From Haemophilus parainfluenzae (GTDB lineage Bacteria > Pseudomonadota > Gammaproteobacteria > Enterobacterales > Pasteurellaceae), in assembly GCA_018378615.1 (NCBI GenBank), contig JAGZXE010000004.1:4749-68748 (forward strand): DNA of 64,000 nucleotides. Reading direction: 5' to 3'. The notes beneath the pieces were generated by a model. The model worked only from the letters and a program-made list of their open reading frames with translations, did no database searches and was not told the origin of the DNA. A program made the position numbers and the translations under genes. How positions within the stretch are numbered: the stretch's first letter is position 1; each line of letters begins with the position of its first letter. Positions 11,599 to 25,093 of the stretch are shown here, in pieces.

Positions 11599-12822
11599 AT
11601 GGCAAAGCAAAAACTCTTTTATTTTCAAGCCTATGATCAGCGACAACAATGGCAAAAAGGCAGTCTTGTTGCCCAATCTAAACAAGCTGCACAATTCCAG
11701 TTAATCGCAAAAGGTTTTAATCACATTCGCTTGCAACAAGATTGGCAACTTAATCAGAAACCGAAAAATGCAGAAATCAGTGCTGTATTGAATCAACTGG
11801 CTACATTACTCAGTTCAGCCATTCCATTAAAGAATGCATTACATATTTTGCAAGATAACTGCACGCAATTGGGATTGCATGAGTGGCTTGGCGCCTTAAT
11901 TGAGTTAATTGAAAGTGGTCTTCCGTTTTCACAAAGTTTGGAAATGCAAGGAAAGTATTTAAATTTTCAAGAAATTCAACTTATTCAAGTGGGAGAAATC
12001 ACCGGAAAACTGGCGGAGGTATGCACTAAAATTGCAGAACGTCGAACACAATCATTAACGCTTCAACGCAAATTACAAAAAATTATGCTTTATCCTGCCA
12101 TGGTATTAGGTATTTCGCTTTCACTTACGTTGATTTTATTACTCTTCGTTGTACCACAATTTGCTGAAATGTATGGCGAAAACTCAGCTGAGCTACCTAT
12201 ATTGACTGCCGTATTATTAGCCATGTCTCAATTCCTACAACATCATTTTATCGCCTTGATGATTGTCTGCATTTTCGCTCTTTTTATGCTAAAGATGGCA
12301 TTAAAACATTCTCTTTGGCTGAATCAAAAAAAGAATGCGCTGATTAGTCGCATGCCAATTTGGGGCAATATCATTTGCCTTTCTCGTTTAATCAGTTTTA
12401 GCCATAACCTGCAATTAATGCTTCAATCAGGAGTGGCATTAACACCAGCCTTAAATAGCTTCCTACCCAAACAACAAACCTGGCAAACACAACATACCTT
12501 AAAAGGCGATATTCTGCTGCAACAAGAAGTGCGGTCAATTTTACAGTGGGTTTCTCAAGGTTATCCATTTTCAGAAAGCGTTAGTAGCCATCTTTTCCCA
12601 ATGGAAGCGCAGCAAATGCTACAAATTGGAGAGAAAAGTGGAAAACTTGCGTTGATGTTGCGACATATTGCTGATAACTATCAAGAAAAGCTCAATCATA
12701 AAATTGATTTACTTTCCCAACTTTTAGAGCCTTTAATGATGCTCATCATTGGTAGTTTAATTGGTATCATAATGATGGGCATGTATCTGCCGATTTTTAA
12801 TATGGGTTCGGTAATCCAATGA
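11599..12822 (+). CDS. pilC: Type IV pilus platform protein (GspF family)
   Basis: Two GE-x-G-x-L repeats; LLEP...MYLPIF C-terminus. Confidence 0.94.
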   Translation: MAKQKLFYFQAYDQRQQWQKGSLVAQSKQAAQFQLIAKGFNHIRLQQDWQLNQKPKNAEISAVLNQLATLLSSAIPLKNALHILQDNCTQLGLHEWLGALIELIESGLPFSQSLEMQGKYLNFQEIQLIQVGEITGKLAEVCTKIAERRTQSLTLQRKLQKIMLYPAMVLGISLSLTLILLLFVVPQFAEMYGENSAELPILTAVLLAMSQFLQHHFIALMIVCIFALFMLKMALKHSLWLNQKKNALISRMPIWGNIICLSRLISFSHNLQLMLQSGVALTPALNSFLPKQQTWQTQHTLKGDILLQQEVRSILQWVSQGYPFSESVSSHLFPMEAQQMLQIGEKSGKLALMLRHIADNYQEKLNHKIDLLSQLLEPLMMLIIGSLIGIIMMGMYLPIFNMGSVIQ

Positions 12823-13496
12823 TGACATTCGCCTTTTTCTTATTGGGTGCTTTAGCGGGCATCTTTGCTTGGCTTTATATTGATCATTTTATCCCTAATC
12901 TCCAACAAGAAATTTATCAGAACTATATCGAACTTTATCCTGAAAACAGACCCATTTTCCGTAGCGAAAAAGCAGCCATTCAATCTCAAAAGTGCGGTCA
13001 TATTTTCCTTTATTTTTTAGGATTTGGACTCTGTTTTGCTGCACTCTATTATTTTCTTCAGGATGAATTATTTACTTTATGGCTCGCGATTACGCTTAGT
13101 CTCATCTTTGTTATCAGTTGGCTAGACTGGCATTATCAACTGATTTCACCAACACCTTGCCTATTTTTATTTTTCCTGGGGCTATTCGGCGCACATCAAG
13201 AATTTTCAATTCTGACGCTTTCTCAAAGTTTAGAAAGTGCGGTTAGTTTTTTCGGTGTTTTTTATATCATCTATCATTTGTCTAAATGGTTTTATAAGAA
13301 GGAAGCGTTAGGCCGTGGCGATTATTGGCTTGCTTTAGGAATCGGCGCTTATCTCACCATCGAGCACTTACCACTTTTCTTATTCATTGCCTGTCTATTA
13401 GGCATCATAGGTTATTGGATTTCTCGTAAACCTGTTTTACCTTTCGCGCCCTTTCTTTGCTTATCGTTAATCATCACCAGTGCAATCAACCTATAA
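12819..13496 (+). CDS. pilD: Prepilin peptidase (A24)
   Basis: SWLD, LGRGD and PFAPFL motifs; operon position. Confidence 0.92.
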   Translation: MMTFAFFLLGALAGIFAWLYIDHFIPNLQQEIYQNYIELYPENRPIFRSEKAAIQSQKCGHIFLYFLGFGLCFAALYYFLQDELFTLWLAITLSLIFVISWLDWHYQLISPTPCLFLFFLGLFGAHQEFSILTLSQSLESAVSFFGVFYIIYHLSKWFYKKEALGRGDYWLALGIGAYLTIEHLPLFLFIACLLGIIGYWISRKPVLPFAPFLCLSLIITSAINL

Positions 13497-13548
13497 ATGT
13501 AATATATTGGCAACATTGAAAAATATTATGTTTAAGAAGTGGATGTAA

Positions 13549-14400
<852 letters not shown>

Positions 14401-14404
<4 letters not shown>

Positions 14405-14682
14405 GTCTTCAGCATCAAGATAATGGTAAACAGGGTGAATTTTTCTTACTCGATGAGCAAGGAAAGAAAATCGCTAAACTCATCTATTTTTATGAAACAC
14501 CCGATACCATTAATGCTAATCACACGTTTGTTGATGAGTCTCTTCGAGGACAAGGTGTGGCAGACAAACTCTATCAAGCCTTAATTCATTTTATCCAGGC
14601 TAAAAAGCTGACATTGCACCCAACTTGTAGCTATATTGCAAGAAAATGGGAACGAACCCAATCTGCACAATCTAAAGCTTAA
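14401..14682 (+). CDS. Small GNAT family N-acetyltransferase (YjdJ-like)
   Basis: [14 protein letters not shown] and PTCSY. Confidence 0.85.
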
Positions 14683-14772
14683 GCCTATTAATAAGCGTGT
14701 CATTTTTAAGGATATTTTTCCGACTTCGTGCTATCCTTAGCCCCATTTATTTCTGAGAACCTGTTATTTATT

Positions 14773-16032
14773 ATGCAAGAAAATTATTTAAGTCAGCAGC
14801 GATTTGCTGATCTTCCATTACATCCTATCGTGAAAAAAGCCCTACAAGACAAGGGATTTGAATATTGCACCCCTATTCAAGCGTTATCATTACCTATTAC
14901 CTTACAAGGAAAAGATGTTGCAGGCCAAGCACAAACCGGCACAGGTAAAACAATGGCATTTTTAACGGCAACCTTTCATCATTTATTAACGCATCAACCT
15001 GATTTTGCTACCGATCAACCTCGCGCATTAATTCTTGCACCAACCCGTGAACTAGCAGTACAAATTAATCATGATGCAGAATTATTAGCAAAAACAAGTG
15101 GATTACGAACCGCACTTGCTTATGGTGGGGATGGCTATGATAAACAGCTCAAAGCGATTGAAGCCGGTGTGGATATTTTAATTGGTACCACTGGTCGTGT
15201 GATTGACTACGTGAAACAAGGGATTATCCGTTTAGATGATATCCAAGTCGTGGTATTGGACGAAGCGGATCGTATGTTTGATTTAGGTTTCATTCGTGAT
15301 ATTCGTTATTTATTACGTAAATGTCCTTCTCCGCAAGAACGCCTCACCATGCTCTTTTCTGCAACGCTCTCTTACAAAGTACGAGAACTTGCCTTTGAAG
15401 ATATGAATTCCCCAGAATACATTGAAATTGAACCAGAACAAAAAACGGGGCATCGAATTAAAGAGGAACTATTCTATCCCTCAAATGAAGACAAAATCCC
15501 CCTCTTACTGACGTTAATGGAAGAGGAATGGCCAGAGCGTTGCATTGTTTTTGCGAATACTAAACATAAATGTGAAGAAATTTGGGGCTATTTAGCCGCA
15601 GATGGTCATCGAGTAGGATTACTCACGGGTGATGTAGCACAGAAAAAACGTCTTTCATTGCTCAAACAATTTACTGATGGGGAACTCGATATTCTCGTCG
15701 CAACCGATGTTGCCGCACGTGGGTTACATATTTCAGATGTGACACACGTCTTTAACTTTGATTTACCTGATGATCGAGAAGATTACGTTCACCGTATTGG
15801 CCGTACTGGTCGAGCGGGTGAAAGTGGTGTATCTATCAGCTTTGCTTGTGAAGAATATGCGATGAATTTACCGGCAATTGAAGAATACATCGGGCATTCT
15901 ATTCCCGTCAGTCAATATGACCCGAATTCATTGATTACTGATATTCCAAAACCTTATCGTTTAAAACGCAACCCTACGCCTCAAACGAGAAATACTACGA
16001 CAAGAAAAACAAACTATCGTCGTAAAAACTAA
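14773..16032 (+). CDS. rhlB: ATP-dependent RNA helicase RhlB
   Basis: [12 protein letters not shown] and [22 protein letters not shown] is typical of RhlB. Confidence 0.93.
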   Translation: MQENYLSQQRFADLPLHPIVKKALQDKGFEYCTPIQALSLPITLQGKDVAGQAQTGTGKTMAFLTATFHHLLTHQPDFATDQPRALILAPTRELAVQINHDAELLAKTSGLRTALAYGGDGYDKQLKAIEAGVDILIGTTGRVIDYVKQGIIRLDDIQVVVLDEADRMFDLGFIRDIRYLLRKCPSPQERLTMLFSATLSYKVRELAFEDMNSPEYIEIEPEQKTGHRIKEELFYPSNEDKIPLLLTLMEEEWPERCIVFANTKHKCEEIWGYLAADGHRVGLLTGDVAQKKRLSLLKQFTDGELDILVATDVAARGLHISDVTHVFNFDLPDDREDYVHRIGRTGRAGESGVSISFACEEYAMNLPAIEEYIGHSIPVSQYDPNSLITDIPKPYRLKRNPTPQTRNTTTRKTNYRRKN

Positions 16033-16036
16033 AAAG

Positions 16037-16069
16037 AAAAGCTGATGAATATCTTCATCAGCTTTTTTT
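16037..16069. terminator. Bidirectional terminator rhlB/mreD
   Basis: AAAAGCTGATGAA-TATC-TTCATCAGCTTTTTTT between convergent genes. Confidence 0.88.
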
Positions 16070-16073
16070 ATGA

Positions 16074-16562
16074 TTAATGCAATCCAACTCGTCGACGTGC
16101 TGTGCGCATCAATAAGAATACCCACGGCCATAATACGCCTGATGCAATGGCACCAAAGATTTCCTGCCAGTTAAAGAATGCTCCGTGTAACGAGAATTCA
16201 ACCAAGAAAATTGCCACTCGAATGGCAAAAACGAAAAGAAGCACTAATAAACTTTGGAACCAAAGGGAAAGGTTGCGCAACATTAAGTAATATTTGGAAA
16301 CAAAATAGAAGGCAACAGAAAGCACCAATGCATGCACGCCTAGAATAGAGCCAAGCACAATATCCCATAAAACCCCGAGTAAAAATGCCCAACCAATACT
16401 TACTCTATCCGGTAATGCAAGGCTCCAGTAGAGTAAAACTAAAACTAACCAAGAAGGTTTAAAAGCTTGGAAACCTGCTGGCCATGGCGCTAACTCCATC
16501 ACTAATGCCACAACAAAGAAGCATAAAATGGTTGCCCATTGAAAAATAAAACGCCCTTGCAT
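16074..16562 (-). CDS. mreD: Rod shape-determining protein MreD
   Basis: Hydrophobic 162 aa protein, last in mreBCD. Confidence 0.94.
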   Translation of the reverse strand: MQGRFIFQWATILCFFVVALVMELAPWPAGFQAFKPSWLVLVLLYWSLALPDRVSIGWAFLLGVLWDIVLGSILGVHALVLSVAFYFVSKYYLMLRNLSLWFQSLLVLLFVFAIRVAIFLVEFSLHGAFFNWQEIFGAIASGVLWPWVFLLMRTARRRVGLH

Positions 16563-17626
16563 TAATCTTCATCCCTATGTTCTTGCTGCTCTGGAGAAAC
16601 CGGTTCCTCTTGTTGAGGCATTGTGGTCGGTATTTCAGGATCCACGATTTCTTTTCCTGTATGTGGTTGAGAGCTATCCCCTTGATCATCCGTTATTTTA
16701 GTTTTGCTCACAGAATTTTTCGCTTCATGAGCCTGACTTTCCAAACGTTGCTGAACAAGACGACGTACTTCTTCCGGTGACATGGATTTCACTTTCGACA
16801 TATCAAGATTGCTCGGCCAAAGTAAAAGCAAATAACGTAAACGATCTAATTCAGCCAAAGGTTTCGCTTTTACCGTCGCAAAATAATTAGAACCATCACG
16901 AGACACACTTTGTACCACTGCCACTGGATAGCCTTCCACAAAACGGCCGCCCAAACCTGAAGTTACTAATAAATCGCCTTTTTCAATATCTACGGAACGA
17001 GGCACATTATCTAAGGTAAGTTCATCAGAATGCCCCGTACCACTCGCGATCACACGCACATCATTACGTAAAACTTGCACTGGGATAGAATGAGTTACAT
17101 CCGTTAAAAGCAAGACTCGGCTGGTGTTCTCACCGACAGATATAATTTGTCCAATCATCCCTTTTTCATCAATCACAGGCTGACCAACATACGCACCATC
17201 ACGTTCACCTTGATTGATCACCACTTGCTGACGATAAACATCAGTTTCAGCAGTAAGCACTTCGGCAATTTTTTTGTATTCATCGGTCCGTAAAGGCGAA
17301 TTAAGCAGTAAACGAAGACGTTGGTTTTCTACTTTGAGTTGATCCAATAATAAAAGATCCGCATTTTTCTCACGCAATTGCTCACGCAATACTTTATTTT
17401 CAATAAGCAGTTTATTGGTATCCACCAAGTTGCTTGATACCCCATCTAGAACTGTTCTTGGCCCATTCGCAAGGTAATACAATCCTCCAACGGCAGTTTC
17501 CATCACACTACGCGCCTTTGTCATTGATGAGGTTTGTCCATCAACTAAAATGAGTGTCATCGAAGCAATCACCGCTAATGCGAGTCGGATACCTAATGGT
17601 GGTGCTTTACCAAAAATGGGTTTCAT
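16562..17626 (-). CDS. mreC: Rod shape-determining protein MreC
   Basis: ENQRLRLLL coiled coil; VTSGLGGRF. Confidence 0.96.
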   Translation of the reverse strand: MKPIFGKAPPLGIRLALAVIASMTLILVDGQTSSMTKARSVMETAVGGLYYLANGPRTVLDGVSSNLVDTNKLLIENKVLREQLREKNADLLLLDQLKVENQRLRLLLNSPLRTDEYKKIAEVLTAETDVYRQQVVINQGERDGAYVGQPVIDEKGMIGQIISVGENTSRVLLLTDVTHSIPVQVLRNDVRVIASGTGHSDELTLDNVPRSVDIEKGDLLVTSGLGGRFVEGYPVAVVQSVSRDGSNYFATVKAKPLAELDRLRYLLLLWPSNLDMSKVKSMSPEEVRRLVQQRLESQAHEAKNSVSKTKITDDQGDSSQPHTGKEIVDPEIPTTMPQQEEPVSPEQQEHRDED

Positions 17627-17648
17627 TCACTGTCCTAGGGTTAAAAGG

Positions 17649-17706
17649 AAAAGTGCGGTCAAAAAATCAGACGAATTAAAAACGCCGATTTTTCTGACCG
17701 CACTTT
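17649..17706. repeat. Inverted USS pair forming a long hairpin between mreB and mreC
   Basis: AAAAGTGCGGTCA...TGACCGCACTTTT. Confidence 0.88.
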
Positions 17707-17712
17707 TAGAGA

Positions 17713-18801
<1,089 letters not shown>

Positions 18802-18939
18802 TCATTTCTGAGCATAGAAAAAAATTGTGCTAAATGTACCAAAAAATCGAGCTTGATAACAGGATTTTTTGCTTTGATCCTCTACACTTACCTCGCTATT
18901 TTTTCTAACAAGGTAAGTGCGGTCAATTTTAGTGGTATT

Positions 18940-20520
18940 TTATACCTGATTTCGATCAGTGAATTGCCACTTACCGTTACCTAAAATCATCAATTGTTGC
19001 TGATGGAAAGCCTGCAAGGTTGAACGATGCCCCACGCTAATAACCGTTGTATGAGGTAAGCGTTCTTTTAACAGACGATACATAGAATCTTCTAAACCTT
19101 CATCCATACTCGCCGTGGCTTCGTCCAGAAAGGCGACTTTCGGTTTGTGTAACAGCAAACGAGCAAAAGCCAAACGTTGTTGCTCACCAAGCGAGAGAAT
19201 ACGTGTCCAATCTTGTTCTTGATCTAAACGATCTTGTAAATGCCCTAAAGACACTTGTTTTAATACCTCAATCATCTCATCACGATTAAAGTCCTTTTCT
19301 TCATTCGGATAAGCCAGTGCCGTTAACAAACTACCTTGTGGTAAATAAGGCTTTTGCGATAAGAAAAGCTGATGAGTAGGACAATACACATCCGCCATAT
19401 CAATCGCATAACTAAAGCCCGTTAAACGATCTAATGTGGCTTTGTATCCGGCAAAACCATCGTAAGAATTACGGAAGAACGAAAGATTTGAATGCAACTT
19501 ACCAAATACTTGTAGCGTTTGCATAAGATCGCCGAGTTTAATTTGCTTCTCAAAATAACGCCCCACTTGAATTAACAAAGGGAACACAACGGAAACTTGG
19601 CTTACTACTAGGTTAAAACCAGAGAATTTTAAGGTTCGATAAACAATATCCCACATGTTATTGATCACTGCGCCGAATTGTTTATAAAGTTGGCTACTCT
19701 CAATTTTCTCCCCCGCATAAAATGCCACACTTTCCGCATATTCTTTGATGCGAATTAAAGAATAACGATAGTTAGCGTTTAAGCGTTCGTTGACGAAATT
19801 CAACATAATTAACGGACGCCCTAAACGGAATGCAATCGCGGTAGTGATAATCACATAAGCAAATACCAAGAACACCATCATGCGTGGAATTTCAGTACCA
19901 AATACCATCATTGGTCCTGCTAATCCCCACAATAAGATCGTATAAGAAATCATGGAGGTGACGGCATCAATCACCCCTGTACTTAAAGAGAGCGTAGTTC
20001 GCACATAGGATTGCACATCTTGTTGAATACGTTGATCGGGGTTGTCTAAGTTAGCGGAAACATACTGCGTTTTATAGTACGCGCGATTATTCATCCATTT
20101 ATCGACTAGCTGACCATTCAACCATTCGATCCAATCAATAGAAAAACGTTGCTCTAAATAATAGCTCAGCAATGCAGCAATCACTGAGCTTGTCGCAATC
20201 ACACAAAACAGCACCATTTGATCCCAAAACACAGGCTCATTAAATTCCTGCAAGGATGTGTACATATTGTTATACCACTCAGAATGTACCAAGCTAATAC
20301 GCACACTGACTAATGTCATCGCCACAATTAACAAGAAAAATAGCAAAGGTTTAATACTTCGACGTGGTGAAAGATACCCACCCGCAAATTGCCAAAATTG
20401 TTTCCCCCAGTGGGTAAAACGGACTAATAAGAAAATACCAAAGCTAAACACGACAGCCGTCATCGCTAATGTTTTTGCTATCCATAAAAGCGAATTAATG
20501 GCTTCTTGAGCGTAATCCAT
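18940..20520 (-). CDS. YddA-like (ABCD-type) fused ABC permease/ATPase; Walker A region absent
   Basis: DNPDQRI and ESVAFY in the membrane domain; LSLGEQQR, FLDEAT and SVGHR in the nucleotide-binding domain; no GxxGxGK(S/T) motif; apparent in-frame junction near 19395. Confidence 0.85.
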   Translation of the reverse strand: MDYAQEAINSLLWIAKTLAMTAVVFSFGIFLLVRFTHWGKQFWQFAGGYLSPRRSIKPLLFFLLIVAMTLVSVRISLVHSEWYNNMYTSLQEFNEPVFWDQMVLFCVIATSSVIAALLSYYLEQRFSIDWIEWLNGQLVDKWMNNRAYYKTQYVSANLDNPDQRIQQDVQSYVRTTLSLSTGVIDAVTSMISYTILLWGLAGPMMVFGTEIPRMMVFLVFAYVIITTAIAFRLGRPLIMLNFVNERLNANYRYSLIRIKEYAESVAFYAGEKIESSQLYKQFGAVINNMWDIVYRTLKFSGFNLVVSQVSVVFPLLIQVGRYFEKQIKLGDLMQTLQVFGKLHSNLSFFRNSYDGFAGYKATLDRLTGFSYAIDMADVYCPTHQLFLSQKPYLPQGSLLTALAYPNEEKDFNRDEMIEVLKQVSLGHLQDRLDQEQDWTRILSLGEQQRLAFARLLLHKPKVAFLDEATASMDEGLEDSMYRLLKERLPHTTVISVGHRSTLQAFHQQQLMILGNGKWQFTDRNQV

Positions 20521-20583
20521 AATCAACCTATAAAATCAAAAAAGTGCGGTCATTTTAGGCGGTGTTTATTTTTAAGCAAGAAA

Positions 20584-20605
20584 AAATGTGATGGAGATAA
20601 CATTT
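20584..20605. promoter_or_regulatory. Putative CRP site
   Basis: AAATGTGA-TGGAGA-TAACATTT between divergent transporter genes. Confidence 0.65.
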
Positions 20606-20685
20606 TTTGACTTTGTCACAAGCGGGTAAGAAATCAAGTTGATATAATCCAAAATAGTTAAATTTTTAATAAATTAGAGGTCGGT

Positions 20686-22338
20686 ATGAGTGAAACTGCG
20701 ATTACCATTAGTTTGCTTGCCCTCGTTGCCGTGATTGGCCTATGGATCGGGCATTTTAAAATTAAAGGTGTAGGTCTGGGTATTGGGGGCGTGCTATTTG
20801 GTGGGATTTTAGTTGCCCATTTTACCACCCAATATGGCATTAAATTAGATAGCCATACATTACATTTCGTGCAAGAGTTCGGCTTAATTCTGTTTGTTTA
20901 TACGATTGGTATTCAAGTGGGGCCGGGCTTTTTTGCTTCCTTACGACAATCAGGCTTAACCTTAAATGGGTTGGGCATTTTAATCGTTGTACTTGGTGCA
21001 GTGGTGACAGTTCTCATTTATAAGCTGGCGGATATTCCTCTTGATGTCGCGCTTGGTATTTACTCCGGTGCGGTCACCAATACCCCATCTCTCGGTGCGG
21101 GTCAGCAAATTCTTTCTGAATTAGGCATGTCGCAGACGACGTCTAACATGGGGATGGCCTATGCAATGGCTTATCCTTTTGGAATTTGTGGCATTTTACT
21201 TTCTATGTGGCTTATTCGTCTTTTCTTTAAAATTAAAGTGGATAAAGAAGCAGCAAATTTTGAAAAAGAAAGTGGTCATGACAAAGAAGCACTCAAAAGC
21301 ATGTCTCTGAAAGTCACCAATACTAATCTCAATGGTATCCATTTGATTGAAATTCCAGGTTTTGATGATGAAGATGTCGTCTGCTCTCGCTTGAAACGGG
21401 GTGAGCTTGTTATTGTGCCGAAAGCGGATACTGATGTTCAACTTGGGGATATTTTACATTTGGTCGGCAATCCTGAAGGCTTGAAAAAAATGCATCTTAT
21501 CATTGGGGAAGAAGTTGATATCCCGGTAGCCAGCTTGAGTGGCGAAATTCGTTCTGAGCGCGTGGTCGTCACCAATGAAAAAGTACTCGGAAAACAAATT
21601 CGTCATCTTGGTATTCATCAAAAATATGGTGTAGTTATTTCGCGTTTAAACCGTGCAGGTGTGGAATTGGTGCCAACTGCCCATACTACCCTTCAATTTG
21701 GTGACGTATTACACATGGTTGGAAAAACTGACATTCTCAACCAAGCCATTTCAGTTATTGGTAACGCTAAACAAAAACTACTTCAAGTTCAAATGTTACC
21801 AGTGTTTATTGGGATTGGCTTAGGGGTATTACTCGGCTCCATTCCTTTCTATATTCCAGGTTTCCCTGTGGCATTAAAATTAGGGCTAGCAGGCGGACCG
21901 TTAGTCGTCGCATTGATCTTGGCTCGAATTGGCTCTATCGGAAAACTCTACTGGTTTATGCCACCGAGTGCTAACTTGGCATTGCGCGAAATTGGTATTG
22001 TGCTCTTCCTTGCTGTAGTCGGTTTAAAATCTGGCGGTAGCTTTGTTGACACACTCACCAATGGTTCTGGTCTTGAATGGATGGGCTACGGTATTTTTAT
22101 CACTCTTGTACCATTAATGATTGTGGGTCTCATTGCACGTTTATATGTAAAATTAAATTATCTTTCTCTTTGTGGCCTGTTAGCAGGTTCGATGACGGAT
22201 CCTCCTGCGCTTGCTTTCGCGAATGAACTAAAAGAAGGAAGCGGTGCCGCCGCACTCGCCTATGCGACAGTCTATCCGCTCACCATGTTCTTACGGATCA
22301 TTTCACCGCAATTATTAGCCATTCTTTTATGGGTTTAA
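20686..22338 (+). CDS. YidE/YbjL (AspT family) transporter with TrkA-C domains
   Basis: [10 protein letters not shown] and GSMTDPPAL duplicated motif; central soluble region. Confidence 0.88.
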   Translation: MSETAITISLLALVAVIGLWIGHFKIKGVGLGIGGVLFGGILVAHFTTQYGIKLDSHTLHFVQEFGLILFVYTIGIQVGPGFFASLRQSGLTLNGLGILIVVLGAVVTVLIYKLADIPLDVALGIYSGAVTNTPSLGAGQQILSELGMSQTTSNMGMAYAMAYPFGICGILLSMWLIRLFFKIKVDKEAANFEKESGHDKEALKSMSLKVTNTNLNGIHLIEIPGFDDEDVVCSRLKRGELVIVPKADTDVQLGDILHLVGNPEGLKKMHLIIGEEVDIPVASLSGEIRSERVVVTNEKVLGKQIRHLGIHQKYGVVISRLNRAGVELVPTAHTTLQFGDVLHMVGKTDILNQAISVIGNAKQKLLQVQMLPVFIGIGLGVLLGSIPFYIPGFPVALKLGLAGGPLVVALILARIGSIGKLYWFMPPSANLALREIGIVLFLAVVGLKSGGSFVDTLTNGSGLEWMGYGIFITLVPLMIVGLIARLYVKLNYLSLCGLLAGSMTDPPALAFANELKEGSGAAALAYATVYPLTMFLRIISPQLLAILLWV

Positions 22339-22351
22339 CATCCTTCAAACC

Positions 22352-22372
22352 TGGGGCAGAATAACTGCCCCA
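22352..22372 (+). terminator. Hairpin after the YidE-family gene
   Basis: TGGGGCAG-AATAA-CTGCCCCA; weak U tract. Confidence 0.5.
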
Positions 22373-22489
22373 ATATTATTGCCAAGCACTGTTACAACGA
22401 TAAAACAATTCAAATAAAATCCGCCCTAAGCCTACCCCTTTCCCTCATTCAATGATAGAATTCATCGCTTTATTTAAATAGGAAAAGAA

Positions 22490-22595
22490 ATGTCATTAGT
22501 TGAATTTGTAATTGATAAACTCGATGCAAACCATCGTTCACATTATGCAGCGCGATGCACGTGAAATGTATCAATTAGAAAAACTTTGGGCATAA
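22490..22595 (+). pseudogene. rsfS: Ribosome silencing factor remnant (internal deletion)
   Basis: AGGA RBS, then MSLVEFVIDKLD joined out of frame at 22526 to [22 protein letters not shown] (RsfS C-terminus); canonical position upstream of rlmH-mrdA. Confidence 0.88.
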
Positions 22596-22633
22596 AGTGC
22601 GGTCAATTTTACGGTGTTTTAAAAGGGAAAAGG

Positions 22634-23101
22634 ATGAAAATCACATTAATTGCAGTGGGCACCAAAATGCCGGCTTGGATTACTACCGGATTTGAAGAAT
22701 ACCAACGTCGTTTTCCTAAAGACATGCCTTTTGAACTCATTGAAATCCCTGCAGGCAAGCGTGGAAAAAATGCGGATATTAAACGCATCTTAGAGCAAGA
22801 AGGCAAAGCGATACTAGCCGCTTGTGGAAAAGGCAAAGTGGTGATATTAGATATCCCTGGCAAACCTTGGACAACACCACAACTTGCTGAGCAATTAGAG
22901 GGTTGGAAAAATGATGGTCGTGATGTGTGCTTACTCATTGGCGGGCCTGAAGGTTTATCCCCTGAATGCAAAGCGGCAGCAGAACAAAGTTGGTCACTTT
23001 CACCACTCACACTTCCCCATCCGTTAGTGCGAGTTGTCGTGGCAGAAAGTTTATACCGCGCGTGGTCACTGACGACAAACCATCCTTATCACAGAGAATA
23101 A
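22634..23101 (+). CDS. rlmH: 23S rRNA pseudouridine(1915)-N3 methyltransferase
   Basis: IGGPEGL and YRAWSL...HPYHRE; 155 aa. Confidence 0.97.
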   Translation: MKITLIAVGTKMPAWITTGFEEYQRRFPKDMPFELIEIPAGKRGKNADIKRILEQEGKAILAACGKGKVVILDIPGKPWTTPQLAEQLEGWKNDGRDVCLLIGGPEGLSPECKAAAEQSWSLSPLTLPHPLVRVVVAESLYRAWSLTTNHPYHRE

Positions 23102-23116
23102 CGTATTACATTACCG

Positions 23117-25093
23117 ATGAATTTAAAAAAATTCTTTGCTGCACCAACCAATGAACCGATCCGCGATAAAAAAGCGGAACGGAACTTGTTTGCGCGTCGA
23201 ACATTGGTAGCATTCATCGGTATTTTAGCCCTAAGTGGTGTGCTATTTGCCAATATTTACCATCTCCAAGTGGTGAATTACGACATGTACCAAACTCGCT
23301 CGAATGGTAACCGTATTAAATTGCTTCCACTTCCTCCTACTCGCGGATTAATTTACGATCGTTACGGCGAATTACTGGCAGAAAACCTCACTTTTTTCGG
23401 TTTATATATCGTGCCGGAAAAAACGGAAAATTTAGACCGCACTTTTGAAGAATTGCGCTATGTTGTAGGACTCACTGATGAAGACATTGAGCATTTCAAA
23501 AAAGAGCGTCGTCGTGGTACACGCTATACGCCGATCTTACTCAAACCTAGCTTAACAGAAGAGCAAATTGCTCGTTTTGCAGTAAACCAGTATAAATATC
23601 CAAGCCTTGATGTACGTCCTTATTTCAAACGAAATTACCTATATGGCGAAGCTATGACTCATATTTTAGGTTATGTTGGACGCATTAATGACCGAGATGT
23701 TGAGCGCCTGAAAAAAGAAGAAAAATTTGCTAACTATTCCGGTTCTACGGACATGGGGAAACTGGGTATTGAACGTTATTACGAAGAACAACTCCATGGT
23801 ACAACCGGCTTCGAAGAGGTGGAAATTAATAACCGTGGGAAAGTTATTCGTAAATTACGTGAGCAACCCGCCACCGCAGGTAAAAGTATTCATCTGACTA
23901 TCGATTTTACCCTTCAGCGTTATATTATGTCCTTACTTTCAGGACAAAAAGGCGCTGTTGTTGTGCTTGATCCGAAAGATAACAGTGTATTAGCGATGGT
24001 TTCAACCCCAAGCTATGACAATAATTTATTCGTCGATGGCATTTCTTCTAATGATTACAAACGTTTACTCGAAGATCCAACTCGACCGCTTTATAGTCGT
24101 GCGACACAAGGTGTGTACCCGCCTGCCTCTACTGTAAAACCATTCGTTGCTGTTGCGGCATTAACTGAAGGGGTGATTACGCCTAATACCACAATTTTTG
24201 ACCCAGGCTACTGGACATTGCCAAACTCAACAAAGCGCTTCCGAGATTGGAAAAAAACAGGGCATGGTTATACGGATTTAAACAAGGCCATTACTGAATC
24301 ATCGGATACCTTCTTCTATCAAACAGCCTTTAATTTAGGTATTGATCGTTTCTCCATGTGGATGAAACGTTTTGGGTTTGGTATGCCGACAGGTATTGAA
24401 ATTCAAGAAGAAGCCACGGCCAATATGCCGAGTAAAGAATGGAAACAAAAACGTTACAAAAAACCTTGGGTACAAGGCGATACAATCTCTGTGGGGATTG
24501 GTCAAGGTTATTGGACAGCCACACCATTACAAGTGGCAAAAGCCACCTCTATTGTAGTCAATAACGGTAAAATTCATACGCCACATTTAATGAAATCAGT
24601 TGAAGGCGCCACCATTGAACCGTATCAAGACCCGCTTTTATATGAAGATATTACCGACCCGAAACAAGCTTATTGGGATGCGGCTAAGCGCGGGATGTTC
24701 AATGTGGTAAACTCAGGTGCAGGGACAGGACGAAAAGCCTTTATCGGCACGAATTACCATGTAGCAGGAAAATCGGGTACCGCACAGGTATTCAGCTTAA
24801 AAGAAAACCAAAAATATAATGCAGCGGGATTGAAAAAAGAACTCCATGACCATGCTTGGTTCACGGCTTATGTGCCTTATGAAGATCCGAAATTAGTTGT
24901 CACCATTATTTTAGAAAATGCGGGCGGCGGTTCAAGTAATGCGGCACCGATCGTTCGCCAAATTATGGATTTCTACTTGAATAAACGCTTGCCACAAATT
25001 GAACGTCAAGAAAATGCTGAAAAAGCGAAAAAGACGGACCAAACTGATTTAGATGCGCCAGCACTAGAATCTCAACCAAGTGAGAATGAATAA
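23117..25093 (+). CDS. mrdA: Penicillin-binding protein 2
   Basis: PASTVK (SxxK), SSD and KSGTAQ. Confidence 0.97.
   Translation: MNLKKFFAAPTNEPIRDKKAERNLFARRTLVAFIGILALSGVLFANIYHLQVVNYDMYQTRSNGNRIKLLPLPPTRGLIYDRYGELLAENLTFFGLYIVPEKTENLDRTFEELRYVVGLTDEDIEHFKKERRRGTRYTPILLKPSLTEEQIARFAVNQYKYPSLDVRPYFKRNYLYGEAMTHILGYVGRINDRDVERLKKEEKFANYSGSTDMGKLGIERYYEEQLHGTTGFEEVEINNRGKVIRKLREQPATAGKSIHLTIDFTLQRYIMSLLSGQKGAVVVLDPKDNSVLAMVSTPSYDNNLFVDGISSNDYKRLLEDPTRPLYSRATQGVYPPASTVKPFVAVAALTEGVITPNTTIFDPGYWTLPNSTKRFRDWKKTGHGYTDLNKAITESSDTFFYQTAFNLGIDRFSMWMKRFGFGMPTGIEIQEEATANMPSKEWKQKRYKKPWVQGDTISVGIGQGYWTATPLQVAKATSIVVNNGKIHTPHLMKSVEGATIEPYQDPLLYEDITDPKQAYWDAAKRGMFNVVNSGAGTGRKAFIGTNYHVAGKSGTAQVFSLKENQKYNAAGLKKELHDHAWFTAYVPYEDPKLVVTIILENAGGGSSNAAPIVRQIMDFYLNKRLPQIERQENAEKAKKTDQTDLDAPALESQPSENE

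Noticed and set aside
17649..17706. Inverted USS pairs as MITEs or a novel repeat family
   Set aside because: A well-known Pasteurellaceae feature; the loops are unrelated to each other and no target duplications were seen
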